Counted from the first letter of the stretch, positions 55,821 to 63,778 are shown. The stretch is 64,000 bases of DNA from Bdellovibrionales bacterium (GCA_947502835.1 CANNBJ010000002.1:475396-539395), one strand, 5' to 3'. A program made the numbers and translations. Notes: generated by a model not told the origin, from the letters alone.

Positions 55821-56627
55821 CTAGCGAAGACTTTCGATTTCCCCGAGTTCCCGGGAGAGTTGCTCCACGGCCGAGCTTTCCAGTTCGATGGCGCGATCCA
55901 ATCGATCCAAATCGCTCTGCAGGGTTCGGAGTTCGCCTCCCCGGTCTGCATGCGAGCCTTCAAGGCGCGCAATGGCTTTTTTTTGTGCCTTGATTTTTGC
56001 GTTGATGCTGCTTTTTGAGATGTGTTCCCCGGAGGGGTGGGAGTGGGCCTCCAGAAATGCCTTTTGCTCCGCTTGAACCCGTTTTAATTCCTCCCGAAGT
56101 TCGCTCAGGAGGACGGTGTCTTGCATGCGGGGTGACTCATTTGGTGATGTTTCGCGCAGTTTCCGGGGTTTTCCCTTCGGCCGTAAATCATGGATTTGTG
56201 CTTCAAGAGTTCGAAGGCGATCCTTGATCTTTGTGTAGACGGGGTCAATGTTGAGATCCTGTCTTGATTCCTTGAGAGCTACTTTTTGCTCTTGAAGTGA
56301 AGCGAGCTCTGAGCGCATTCCAGAGAGCATGTGTTCGCGCTCGTTCGGATCCTGCGACTCCGCAGCGCGAATCCTTTCTCGCAGCTGATCCCTCTGTGAT
56401 TTTAGACGCGTCAATTGCTCCTTGCGGTGTTCAATGCGGGACCTGATGGAATTGATTCTTGGACCCGGGTCCGACGGGGTGGGGGATGATGCCGGCTGCA
56501 TGGCCGAGGGGGTGCTTTCGGCCTTGCTTGACTCGACGCGCTGTTCCGGTTGGCCTGAGAGCTGGTGGTTTCGATAGGCCAAGAACGCGGCGAGGATCAG
56601 GAGTGCTGGGAGGAGGACCTTGGTCAT
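55821..56627 (-). CDS. Membrane-anchored coiled-coil protein (hypothetical)
   Basis: N-terminal TM segment (VLLPALLILAAFLAY), a P/S-rich linker, then ~200 aa of heptad-rich R/E/L/Q sequence. Confidence 0.5.
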   Translation of the reverse strand: MTKVLLPALLILAAFLAYRNHQLSGQPEQRVESSKAESTPSAMQPASSPTPSDPGPRINSIRSRIEHRKEQLTRLKSQRDQLRERIRAAESQDPNEREHMLSGMRSELASLQEQKVALKESRQDLNIDPVYTKIKDRLRTLEAQIHDLRPKGKPRKLRETSPNESPRMQDTVLLSELREELKRVQAEQKAFLEAHSHPSGEHISKSSINAKIKAQKKAIARLEGSHADRGGELRTLQSDLDRLDRAIELESSAVEQLSRELGEIESLR

Positions 56628-56646
56628 GGCTAGATTTTAACACACC

Positions 56647-56842
56647 AACTGCCCCCGAAGATTGGACCTGGTGAGGGGGCAAGTCTGCTTGAAAAGAGAT
56701 TGTGGGAGGGCATTTTGGAGGAGGTATTTGGCATCGAATCCTGGCAGCCCGTTGATCACCTCAAGTGTGTGGAAAAATGCTCTTGATTTCATTAGCTTAA
56801 AGAGTATCTGCCGTTCCTTGGGACCATTCTTCGGGGGCAGTT
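56647..56842. mobile_element. MITE-like element M4 with IS1-type TIRs
   Basis: AACTGCCCCCGAAGATTGGACCTGG (left) / GGGACCATTCTTCGGGGGCAGTT (right); 196 bp. It lies in the divergent region between 55821..56627 (-) and trxC (+). Confidence 0.8.
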
Positions 56843-56891
56843 TGCATTGACAGCGCCCCCTTTGCCCCCATCCTCTACTCAGGAGTTCACG

Positions 56892-57338
56892 ATGGAAACC
56901 TACGCACCTTGTTCCAAATGCAATCGACTGAATCGGATCCCCTTGAATGCGGATCCTCGGGGTGGAGGCTCAAGGCCCGAACCTGTATGTGGTGCCTGCA
57001 AGATTCCGCTTCCCGTCCACGGGGCGGTGGTCGAGGTGAGTGCGGAGGGGCTCGAGAGGCTCATCGCGAAGAGTCCCGTTCCTGTGGTGGTGGATTTTTG
57101 GGCGCCCTGGTGCGGGCCTTGTCGGATGTTTGCACCGACCTATTCATCCGTTGCGGGAGAGTTTTCGGGAAGATATGTTTTCGCCAAAGTCGACACCGAG
57201 GCGAATCCCGCTGCGGGGGATCGTCACCGGATCAGGAGCATTCCGACTCTTGCGATTTTCAAAAACGGTGGCGAGGCTCAAAGGCAAAGTGGCGCGATGG
57301 ATGCGAATGGACTCAAACAATGGCTGGGACTAAGGTAG
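56892..57338 (+). CDS. trxC: Thioredoxin 2-type (N-terminal Zn-finger) thioredoxin
   Basis: METYAPCSKCNRLNR...CGACKIPL (two CxxC pairs), then the WAPWCGPCRMFAP active site. AGGAG lies before the ATG at 56892. Confidence 0.85.
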   Translation: METYAPCSKCNRLNRIPLNADPRGGGSRPEPVCGACKIPLPVHGAVVEVSAEGLERLIAKSPVPVVVDFWAPWCGPCRMFAPTYSSVAGEFSGRYVFAKVDTEANPAAGDRHRIRSIPTLAIFKNGGEAQRQSGAMDANGLKQWLGLR

Positions 57339-57655
57339 AAAAACTGAAACGAGATCTTGCTGATCGAGGCTGTACGCCCTTTCAAATCGAGGTCCTGCTC
57401 GAGACTGCGCGAATTCCGCGCGGCGAGACCCGCAGCTATTCTGAAATTGCCCGCGCCATAGGGAGGCCAAAAGCCACTCGTGCAGTGGGCTCGGCACTCA
57501 GGCGCAATCCCTTTCCGGGAGAACGTGTGCCCTGTCATAGGGTGATTCATAAAAGCGGCGCGATCGAAGGCTTCATGGGGTCGCTTGATCCGGATTCTAA
57601 AGAAAACAAGAAGAAGCGGCGGTTGCTGGCACAGGAAGTTAAGAGCCCGGGCTAG
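57320..57655 (+). CDS. MGMT-family DNA-binding/alkyltransferase domain protein (short)
   Basis: TPFQIEVLLETARIPRGETRSYSEIARAIGRPKATRAVGSALRRNP...VPCHRVI (PCHR active-site motif). Only the C-terminal ~111 aa of ORF 56909..57655 are credible. It overlaps the trxC 3' end by 19 nt. Confidence 0.7.
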   Translation: MAGTKVEKLKRDLADRGCTPFQIEVLLETARIPRGETRSYSEIARAIGRPKATRAVGSALRRNPFPGERVPCHRVIHKSGAIEGFMGSLDPDSKENKKKRRLLAQEVKSPG

Positions 57656-57668
57656 GAGATATACAGAG

Positions 57669-57697
57669 TTGACAAAGTGTTCGGCATACCGTACAAT
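57669..57697 (+). promoter_or_regulatory. Consensus sigma70 promoter for the TA operon
   Basis: TTGACA (57669-57674), 17 bp spacer, TACAAT (57692-57697). A GTG start lies at 57707. Confidence 0.6.
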
Positions 57698-57706
57698 CTA
57701 ATAGGC

Positions 57707-58003
57707 GTGAAATATCGGCTGATCAAATCCAGCGAATACATCATTTGGTATGAAATGCAGAGCCGGAAGACTCAGGCGATCATTGACGCTCGATTTGACC
57801 GGATTCAACTGGATGCTCACTTCGGCTTTATCAATCAGTTCGAAGGGTTGATTGAATTGAAGTGGACTTCAGGGATGAGAATTTACACTTTTATCCACGA
57901 TCGAACTCTGGTTGTGGCTTTGAGCGGAGGAAATAAAAATGGCCAAGACAAAGACATTAAGAAAGCAAAAAAAATCAGAGAGGCTTTTCTTCGTGGAACA
58001 TAA
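57707..58003 (+). CDS. RelE/ParE-superfamily toxin (addiction module killer protein, HigB-like)
   Basis: ...AIIDARFDRIQLDAHFGFINQFEGLIELKWTSGMRIYTFIHDRTLVVALSGGNKNGQDKDIKKAKKI follows the addiction-module-killer family pattern. The upstream part of ORF 57677.. lies inside the promoter. Confidence 0.7.
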   Translation: MKYRLIKSSEYIIWYEMQSRKTQAIIDARFDRIQLDAHFGFINQFEGLIELKWTSGMRIYTFIHDRTLVVALSGGNKNGQDKDIKKAKKIREAFLRGT

Positions 58004-58253
58004 ACCATCCTCCAGTAAAGGGCTTTCAGATAAGAAGTTGGTTCGAGAGATTTTGATTGATGCTTTGACGAATAACGACATGGATACTTTTCAGGATGTT
58101 CTCGTGGGGTACATTCGAACTTCATCCAAAGTCGAACTTTCCAGGAAAACCAATTTAGGGCGTACTACGCTTTATGATTTGATTGATCCGGAAAAGCCAT
58201 TCAATCCGACTCTGGATACCATCGGGAAAATTTTCGAGGAATTGGCAGCCTGA
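57939..58253 (+). CDS. HigA-family antitoxin (addiction module antidote protein, HTH)
   Basis: LSRKTNLGRTTLYDLIDPEKPFNPTLDTIGKIFEEL HTH region. GGAGGA lies 7 nt upstream of the ATG at 57939. An alternative GTG at 57993 would reduce the overlap with the toxin gene. Confidence 0.7.
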   Translation: MAKTKTLRKQKKSERLFFVEHKPSSSKGLSDKKLVREILIDALTNNDMDTFQDVLVGYIRTSSKVELSRKTNLGRTTLYDLIDPEKPFNPTLDTIGKIFEELAA

Positions 58254-58259
58254 AGCAAA

Positions 58260-59282
58260 TCACCCCCGCGCAATGCGCTCATCAAGGCGTGAGGTGATCT
58301 CGCGTACGGCATGATCAAAGCCGTTTTTCAGTGCAACGCCTGCCTCAAACTTGTGGCCGCCGCCGCCGAGTGCCATGGCAATCTCGTTCACCACGACCTT
58401 GCCTTTTGATTTGATCGAGACGCGGGTGGATACGCCGTCGTCCTCTTCGCGGAACATGCACACGACTTCCGCATTTCTCAGCACAAGGAGCATGTTCAGA
58501 AACGACATCGTGTCATCGGCCGAGGCCTGAAATTGCCGCCTGAGTTCAAGGCGCATTTCCATCCATGCGAGCTTTCCATTTGCGGAAACCCTTGTGTTCT
58601 GAAGAAGGGTACCGAGCAGCTGGATGTGCGAGAGTTCCTTGGTGCTGTAGATCTGCTGATAGATCTCGTCCGGACTCACCCCGAGCTCGATCATGTGGGC
58701 TGCGATCTGGTGGCAGGTGGGAGTCGTGCGCGAATATCGAAAACTATTGGTGTCAGTCATCACCGACACATAAAGACCGATTGCCATGTCGCGATTGATT
58801 TCGGTGAGACTCAAATCAATGAAAAGCTCGTACAAAAGCTCTCCAATCGAGCTTGATTCGTCATCCGACACAAGCATCGCATGCGGCGGGTAGGGAGTGA
58901 TTTCCTTTGCGCTCAAGAGATCCGGGTGATGATCCAGAAACACGATTTTCTTTGCACGATCCTTGAGTGCATCCCAGGTTTTTCCAAGCCTGCGCGGATC
59001 GTTCGTGTCGACGATGACCCAGAGATCAAACTCATCCCAAGTCTCGGATGGTGCGGGAGCCTTCAGAAAGTCGGAGTTCGGATCAAGAAAACGATACCGT
59101 GCCGGGATCGGATCCGGATTGTGAACCCGCACCTCTTTACCCGAGCATTTCAGATAGTGATAGAGCGCGGTCTCGGCACCCAAACCGTCACCATCCGGTT
59201 GCACGTGAGTGGAAACCACGATTCGATTTGCGCGGGCGATCCATTCTTTGAATTTTGCAAACTCCGGATTGTTTTCGCTCAA
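58260..59282 (-). CDS. nrnA: DHH-family phosphoesterase (NrnA-like oligoribonuclease / pAp phosphatase)
   Basis: VVSTHVQPDGDGLGAE, FLDHHPD (DHH) and the C-terminal GGGHKFEAG (DHHA1) motif. Confidence 0.85.
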   Translation of the reverse strand: MSENNPEFAKFKEWIARANRIVVSTHVQPDGDGLGAETALYHYLKCSGKEVRVHNPDPIPARYRFLDPNSDFLKAPAPSETWDEFDLWVIVDTNDPRRLGKTWDALKDRAKKIVFLDHHPDLLSAKEITPYPPHAMLVSDDESSSIGELLYELFIDLSLTEINRDMAIGLYVSVMTDTNSFRYSRTTPTCHQIAAHMIELGVSPDEIYQQIYSTKELSHIQLLGTLLQNTRVSANGKLAWMEMRLELRRQFQASADDTMSFLNMLLVLRNAEVVCMFREEDDGVSTRVSIKSKGKVVVNEIAMALGGGGHKFEAGVALKNGFDHAVREITSRLDERIARG

Positions 59283-59316
59283 GGTTCACCTCGGATGTGC
59301 CGAACTTTAACTCAGC

Positions 59317-59670
59317 ATGGCTTCTGAGAATATGACAAAAAAGATCGACCCTTTATACACCATTTTCGAGCAACACCTCTTCAATTTTCAAGATCCGAAT
59401 GCCGATCGGGGCACCTTCGTGGAGGGGATCGTCAAGGAATACATCGCGCACCTTCGGAGCGTGGGTCTGTCGGTTCCGATGGAATGGCAGGAGCACATTT
59501 TCGAAGAATTGTTCTTTCAAGTGAACTCAATGCTCGTTAAGAAGATATACGGATGTCACACGATCGACGAATACACCGCCAAAGCGACGACGGCGCAGAA
59601 GCAGCGGGCGAAGGCTCAATACAAAAAGTTCCAGAGCGCAACCCGGAAGCCGAAGAAGGAAGCCGCCTAA
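59317..59670 (+). CDS. Hypothetical small protein with basic C-terminus
   Basis: 117-aa ORF with protein-like composition. No recognisable motif. Confidence 0.4.
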   Translation: MASENMTKKIDPLYTIFEQHLFNFQDPNADRGTFVEGIVKEYIAHLRSVGLSVPMEWQEHIFEELFFQVNSMLVKKIYGCHTIDEYTAKATTAQKQRAKAQYKKFQSATRKPKKEAA

Positions 59671-60821
59671 GCCCTGCTCCCCTGAAGGTCGCACTCGTCC
59701 ATGACTGGTTGAATGGAATGCGTGGAGGCGAGATCGTATTTGAGGCGCTTTTGGACCTCTATCCGGATGCCGATGTCTTCACCCTGATCCATGAGCCGCG
59801 CAAGCTCTCGTCTTCTTTGCAAAAGAAGCTCGCGAGAACCCGGGTTCACGCATCTTTTTTGAATGTTCTGAAGTTCACCCGCTCGCGCTACCGGCAGTTG
59901 CTTCCGATTCTGCCTTTTGCGATCCGGTCCTTTGATTTGTACCCCTATGATTTGATTGTTTCATCCTCTCATTGCGTGGCAAAGGGGGTACGGAAGCATC
60001 CGGAGGCGGTTCATGTCAGCTACCTTCACGCTCCGATGCGCTATATGTGGGATCGGTTTCAGGATTATTTCGGGAAGGGGCGGATTCATCCTCTGTTTCG
60101 ATGGATCGCACTTTTGGTAAGGCCCTTTTTGCAAGCATGGGATCGCAGGACTGCGGCTAAGGACCGGGTAGATGTGCTTTTAGCCAATAGTAATTTCATC
60201 GGGGAGCAGATTCGTCGCTGTTATTGTCGCGAGGCGCGTACGATTTATCCCTTTGCGAGGCTTGATCGCTTTAAGCGGGAGCGACGGCCCGGGAGCTTTT
60301 ACCTGATGGTCGGAGCCTTTGCGCCCTACAAGAGGACCGATCTTGCGATCGAGGCCTTTGCGCGCCTTGGGCTTCCGCTCAAAATCGTCGGTTCAGGGCA
60401 GGATGAGGAGCGTCTTCGGGATCTTCGGGATTCGTTGAGGGCGAGAAACGTGGAATTCATCAGGAATGCCAGCAATGACGAAATCGAGCGTCTGTATTCC
60501 GAGTGCAAGGCCTTTATCTTTCCGGGGGTGGAGGATTTCGGCATTACGCCGCTTGAGGCGATGGCCTCGGGCGCACCGGTGATTGCCTTTGGTGAGGGTG
60601 GGGCCTGCGAGACGGTCACGCCTGAGACGGGGATTTTGTTTTCTGCGCAGACGGTCGAGAGTCTTTGCAATGCGGTGATGGACCTTGAGAGCGGGAGGCG
60701 GCATTTTTTTGAGAACTCCTGCCGCGCGCGTGCCGCATTCTTTACGGAATCGCGCTTCAAGGAAGAGATTCAGAGTGCGGTCCGGGATGCGCAAAAACTC
60801 ATTGCATCAGCACCTTTTTGA
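59553..60821 (+). CDS. GT4-type glycosyltransferase (start codon unresolved)
   Basis: The family-typical sequence begins at KVALVHDWLNGMRGGE (~59685). A C-terminal EDFGITPLEAMASGAPVIAF (E-x7-E type) motif is present. The only canonical in-frame start upstream is ATG 59553, which overlaps the previous ORF by 118 nt. A CTG at 59682 would give MKVALVHDW. Confidence 0.75.
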   Translation: MSHDRRIHRQSDDGAEAAGEGSIQKVPERNPEAEEGSRLSPAPLKVALVHDWLNGMRGGEIVFEALLDLYPDADVFTLIHEPRKLSSSLQKKLARTRVHASFLNVLKFTRSRYRQLLPILPFAIRSFDLYPYDLIVSSSHCVAKGVRKHPEAVHVSYLHAPMRYMWDRFQDYFGKGRIHPLFRWIALLVRPFLQAWDRRTAAKDRVDVLLANSNFIGEQIRRCYCREARTIYPFARLDRFKRERRPGSFYLMVGAFAPYKRTDLAIEAFARLGLPLKIVGSGQDEERLRDLRDSLRARNVEFIRNASNDEIERLYSECKAFIFPGVEDFGITPLEAMASGAPVIAFGEGGACETVTPETGILFSAQTVESLCNAVMDLESGRRHFFENSCRARAAFFTESRFKEEIQSAVRDAQKLIASAPF

Positions 60822-61193
60822 ACACGATGAATTCAGGTTTTTTGAATCCTGCTTAGAAAACATTTTAAAATAACGCTCGAAGTAAACGCGTCGTGTATAT
60901 TGACTTCATTGCAAGTTTGAGTGAATTGATTTTTCAAAAACTTTGAAAATTTTTTTCATAAAATGCGTAATTTGCCTCAAAAAATGGGTTTTTTTAAAAA
61001 ATGCGAGTGGCATCCGGGCATGATTCCGCACTAATGTGCTTGGGCTTTTGCGTCATAAAAATCACTTTTTTGCGCGTGAGGATAATTGACATTGGTCGGC
61101 ACTTTCTTCACCCTGAAGGTACAGACAAATAACCCGTGAGGTTCTCAATGGTGAGTTCCTCCAACCACAACAACGAAAAGGAGTGTTTTGGTC

Positions 61194-62363
61194 ATGAAAA
61201 ATTACCTTACACTAGTATTGGCTCTCTCAGTTGTATCGTCTCCCGCATTCGCGTCACGTGCTCGTCTCGAGTCACTCGGCGAAGGCAAAAACGGATCATA
61301 CTACATCGATGATTCACGTAACATGTTCCTGAACCCAGCATCGATCGTTCGCTACAAAAAGAAGATGATGCTCGAGCTTGGTAACAACACAAACTCAGCA
61401 GTTGACTTCACAAATATCCTGGCGGGTGATCCTGTGACTTCAGGTCCGGATACAGCAGTACTTTCCCGTCCACAAGGCGGTTTCACCAACACTTTTGGTG
61501 ATTTCACCTATGCTCTTTACCTGAACAACACTTCTGATCGCGCGATCAATACTCTCGGAACAGTACTTGCTCCAACTGACGCAATTGAATTCGCTCTTGC
61601 AGGCGAAGGATCTGTAAATTGGGGTGTGAGCGTTCTTCACGGTGGAAACCGTGCGGGTGATGCTTCTTCTCGCTACTGGGCGGCTCGTTTCGGTGTAGAG
61701 AAGGATGCAATCGCACTCTTCGGAACTGTAGGAATCGACAGCAAAGCTAACAACGCTGCCGCTCCTGTGTCTGCTCTTGTTGCCGGTACCAATGAAGTAA
61801 AAGGCAACACCAGCCTTGACCTCGGTGCAACTTACAAGATGGACGAAATGACCGTCTTCGGTAAGTTCTTGACCACAAAGGCTACTTGGTCTGGAGCAGC
61901 TGGAACTACCAACGAAGGCAAGACCACCGCTTTCGGAATCGGTGCCGGATGGAAAAAGGAAATGACCAAGTCCACCAACATGTTTGTTCGCGTGGAAGCA
62001 GATTCTGCCAAGTCAGAGAACACTGCAGCTACCCTCGCTGCCTTCAATTCAAGCTTCTGGAATGTTCCAGTAGTGCTTGCTGCTGAAACTCAAGCAATGA
62101 GCTGGCTTGCGATCCGTGGATCAATTGCTCACTCACTCCTCGGTCAGAATCTTTTGACCCGGGATGACCTTGCGAATCAGACCACTGTTTCTGCTGGTAT
62201 CGGGATGACCTTCGGTGATCTCGTGATCGACGGAATGGTTGCTTCTAGTGGTCTCGTCAACACTAACGACAACATCGGCTTCGGTTCTGGCGTGAACTCC
62301 GGTTCTACCTTCGGTTTCGGCGACAGCATGATCAGCCGTATCGGTCTTACCTACAACTTCTAA
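61194..62363 (+). CDS. Major outer-membrane porin-like beta-barrel protein
   Basis: AAAAGGAG RBS, signal peptide MKNYLTLVLALSVVSSPAFA, a G/S/T/N/A-rich alternating pattern and a C-terminal ...RIGLTYNF. Codon choice is visibly different from neighbouring genes (GGT/GCT/TCT/ACT/CGT-rich). Confidence 0.7.
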   Translation: MKNYLTLVLALSVVSSPAFASRARLESLGEGKNGSYYIDDSRNMFLNPASIVRYKKKMMLELGNNTNSAVDFTNILAGDPVTSGPDTAVLSRPQGGFTNTFGDFTYALYLNNTSDRAINTLGTVLAPTDAIEFALAGEGSVNWGVSVLHGGNRAGDASSRYWAARFGVEKDAIALFGTVGIDSKANNAAAPVSALVAGTNEVKGNTSLDLGATYKMDEMTVFGKFLTTKATWSGAAGTTNEGKTTAFGIGAGWKKEMTKSTNMFVRVEADSAKSENTAATLAAFNSSFWNVPVVLAAETQAMSWLAIRGSIAHSLLGQNLLTRDDLANQTTVSAGIGMTFGDLVIDGMVASSGLVNTNDNIGFGSGVNSGSTFGFGDSMISRIGLTYNF

Positions 62364-62400
62364 TTCGATCTTGAATTAGAGGCGTAAGCCAAAAAATGTG

Positions 62401-62430
62401 AACCCCCGGGAAGGCGACTTCTCGGGGGTT
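62401..62430 (+). terminator. Rho-independent terminator after the porin gene
   Basis: AACCCCCGGGAAG-GCGA-CTTCTCGGGGGTT stem-loop (1 mismatch) followed by TTCGTTTTGG. Confidence 0.7.
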
Positions 62431-62451
62431 TTCGTTTTGGTAAAACCAAAA

Positions 62452-62640
62452 CACCTTCATTCGCCTACCAATAGCCTGAATCGCTTATGCGCAGACATCT
62501 CCCTTTGGATGAGATGCTTCCTCCTCGAACCTCCTGTTCTTTTCGCTCTCGCCATCGTGGCTCGCTCAAAAAGTCGGAACCATCTCATCCAAAGGGAGCG
62601 AGCGCGCATCCGGGAGTCGGATGGTAAGCGAATGAAGGTG
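62452..62640. repeat. Nested palindromic element R3 (MITE-like or structured RNA)
   Basis: Outer arms are CACCTTCATTCGCCTACC (62452-) / GGTAAGCGAATGAAGGTG (-62640), with 1 mismatch. Inner arms CTCCCTTTGGATGAGATG (62499-62516) / CATCTCATCCAAAGGGAG (62581-62598) are perfect. Length is 189 bp. Confidence 0.75.
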
Positions 62641-62737
62641 CTTCATTCCAGGGTCACAGGGGAGTACGAGATTCGCGAAAACCCATAGTCTTGGATTCTG
62701 CCGCAAGCTACCTTGGGGGTCAGGGAGCGGGACCTGT

Positions 62738-63778
62738 TTATCCCGGACTCAGGCGAACAAGATCATAGGATCTCGAGCTCTTCCGCCACACTTCCACGAC
62801 CGCGGGGCCCTTCCAGATCTCGGCAAGTTGCTCGGGCGAATGGACCCACTCGCCGTTGATCGAGACCACCACATCACCCACCTGCAGCCGATCCCGAAGG
62901 TAGCCGCAGCCCTCACAGCTCCGGGTCACAAGTGCCCCCTCGATCTCGGAGGGAATGTAGTGCATGATCCGCTCGCGCGGGCCGATCCGGCTCACGGCCA
63001 CTTCTCCCACCACAACGCTCGACTCGGCGGAAACCGTCTTCAGTTCCTTGAGTGCATCCGGCGAGATCGAATCAAGCCGCACAATCAAGGTCAGTCTCTC
63101 GCCAAAACGCCTGAGCTTCACCGGAACCTCATGACCCACAGGAAACGACTCGAACAATCCCCTCTCGGTCGGCGCCCGCCCGTCCACAGTCTCGATGATG
63201 TCGCCCGCATGCAAACCCGCAAGATCCGCAGGACCCCCTCGCGTGACGTGGGTGATGACCACATCCGTCTGCGAGGCCTGGAGCTGACCTGCCACACCGG
63301 AGTCGATATAATTGCTGAAATTTGCGCAAAACCGGCAAGGCATCTTAAAGAGCAACCGCGCTTCTTCTTTGGCCTGAAGCTTCTGAAGGGACGCGGTCTC
63401 AAAGCGTTTCAGCTTTGATTCAAGATCGGCGATCCGCTCCTTCAGCACGATGTTCTCGATGCCCGCTTGTACCTTTTCCACATCGATTTTTTCGGCGTCC
63501 TCTGTCTTGGAATCCTGTGAGGTGAGCCGGGGCGGGTCTTCTTCCTGAAAGGTCTCTTTCAAATCCTGCATCCGGCCTGCATCCGCATAGAGCATGACAA
63601 AGAATCCAAACAAGAGGGTCATGAGATCCGCATAGGACACAAGCCAGAGCTCCCCGTGCTCGGGCCCCGCATGAGGCTCGTCCTCATGCATGGAAAGGTC
63701 CGAAAGAATCCGCCGCGTAAGCGAGGATTCCGGGAATGAGTCGGGGCGGAGAGGGATGGTTCTTGCACCTCCGCTCAT
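62738..63778 (-). CDS. MotB-like stator protein with coiled coil and two PDZ-like domains instead of an OmpA-like domain
   Basis: WLVSYADLMTLLFGFFVMLYA is the MotB/ExbD-type TM segment with the conserved Asp. GLHAGDIIETVDGR and LQVGDVVVSINGEWV are PDZ-type motifs. No OmpA-like NRRVE-type motif is visible. ATGA overlap with the upstream motA-like gene. Confidence 0.65.
   Translation of the reverse strand: MSGGARTIPLRPDSFPESSLTRRILSDLSMHEDEPHAGPEHGELWLVSYADLMTLLFGFFVMLYADAGRMQDLKETFQEEDPPRLTSQDSKTEDAEKIDVEKVQAGIENIVLKERIADLESKLKRFETASLQKLQAKEEARLLFKMPCRFCANFSNYIDSGVAGQLQASQTDVVITHVTRGGPADLAGLHAGDIIETVDGRAPTERGLFESFPVGHEVPVKLRRFGERLTLIVRLDSISPDALKELKTVSAESSVVVGEVAVSRIGPRERIMHYIPSEIEGALVTRSCEGCGYLRDRLQVGDVVVSINGEWVHSPEQLAEIWKGPAVVEVWRKSSRSYDLVRLSPG

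Noticed and set aside
56909-57319. N-terminal 137 aa of the 248-aa ORF 56909..57655
   Set aside because: This part is an out-of-frame overlap with the well-supported trxC gene and is Arg/Gly/Cys-rich junk. Only the part from ATG 57320 carries the MGMT motifs.
62398-62688. 96-aa ORF downstream of the porin gene
   Set aside because: It starts inside the porin terminator hairpin and spans the R3 palindrome. Its composition is not protein-like. It is better explained as a non-coding structured element.
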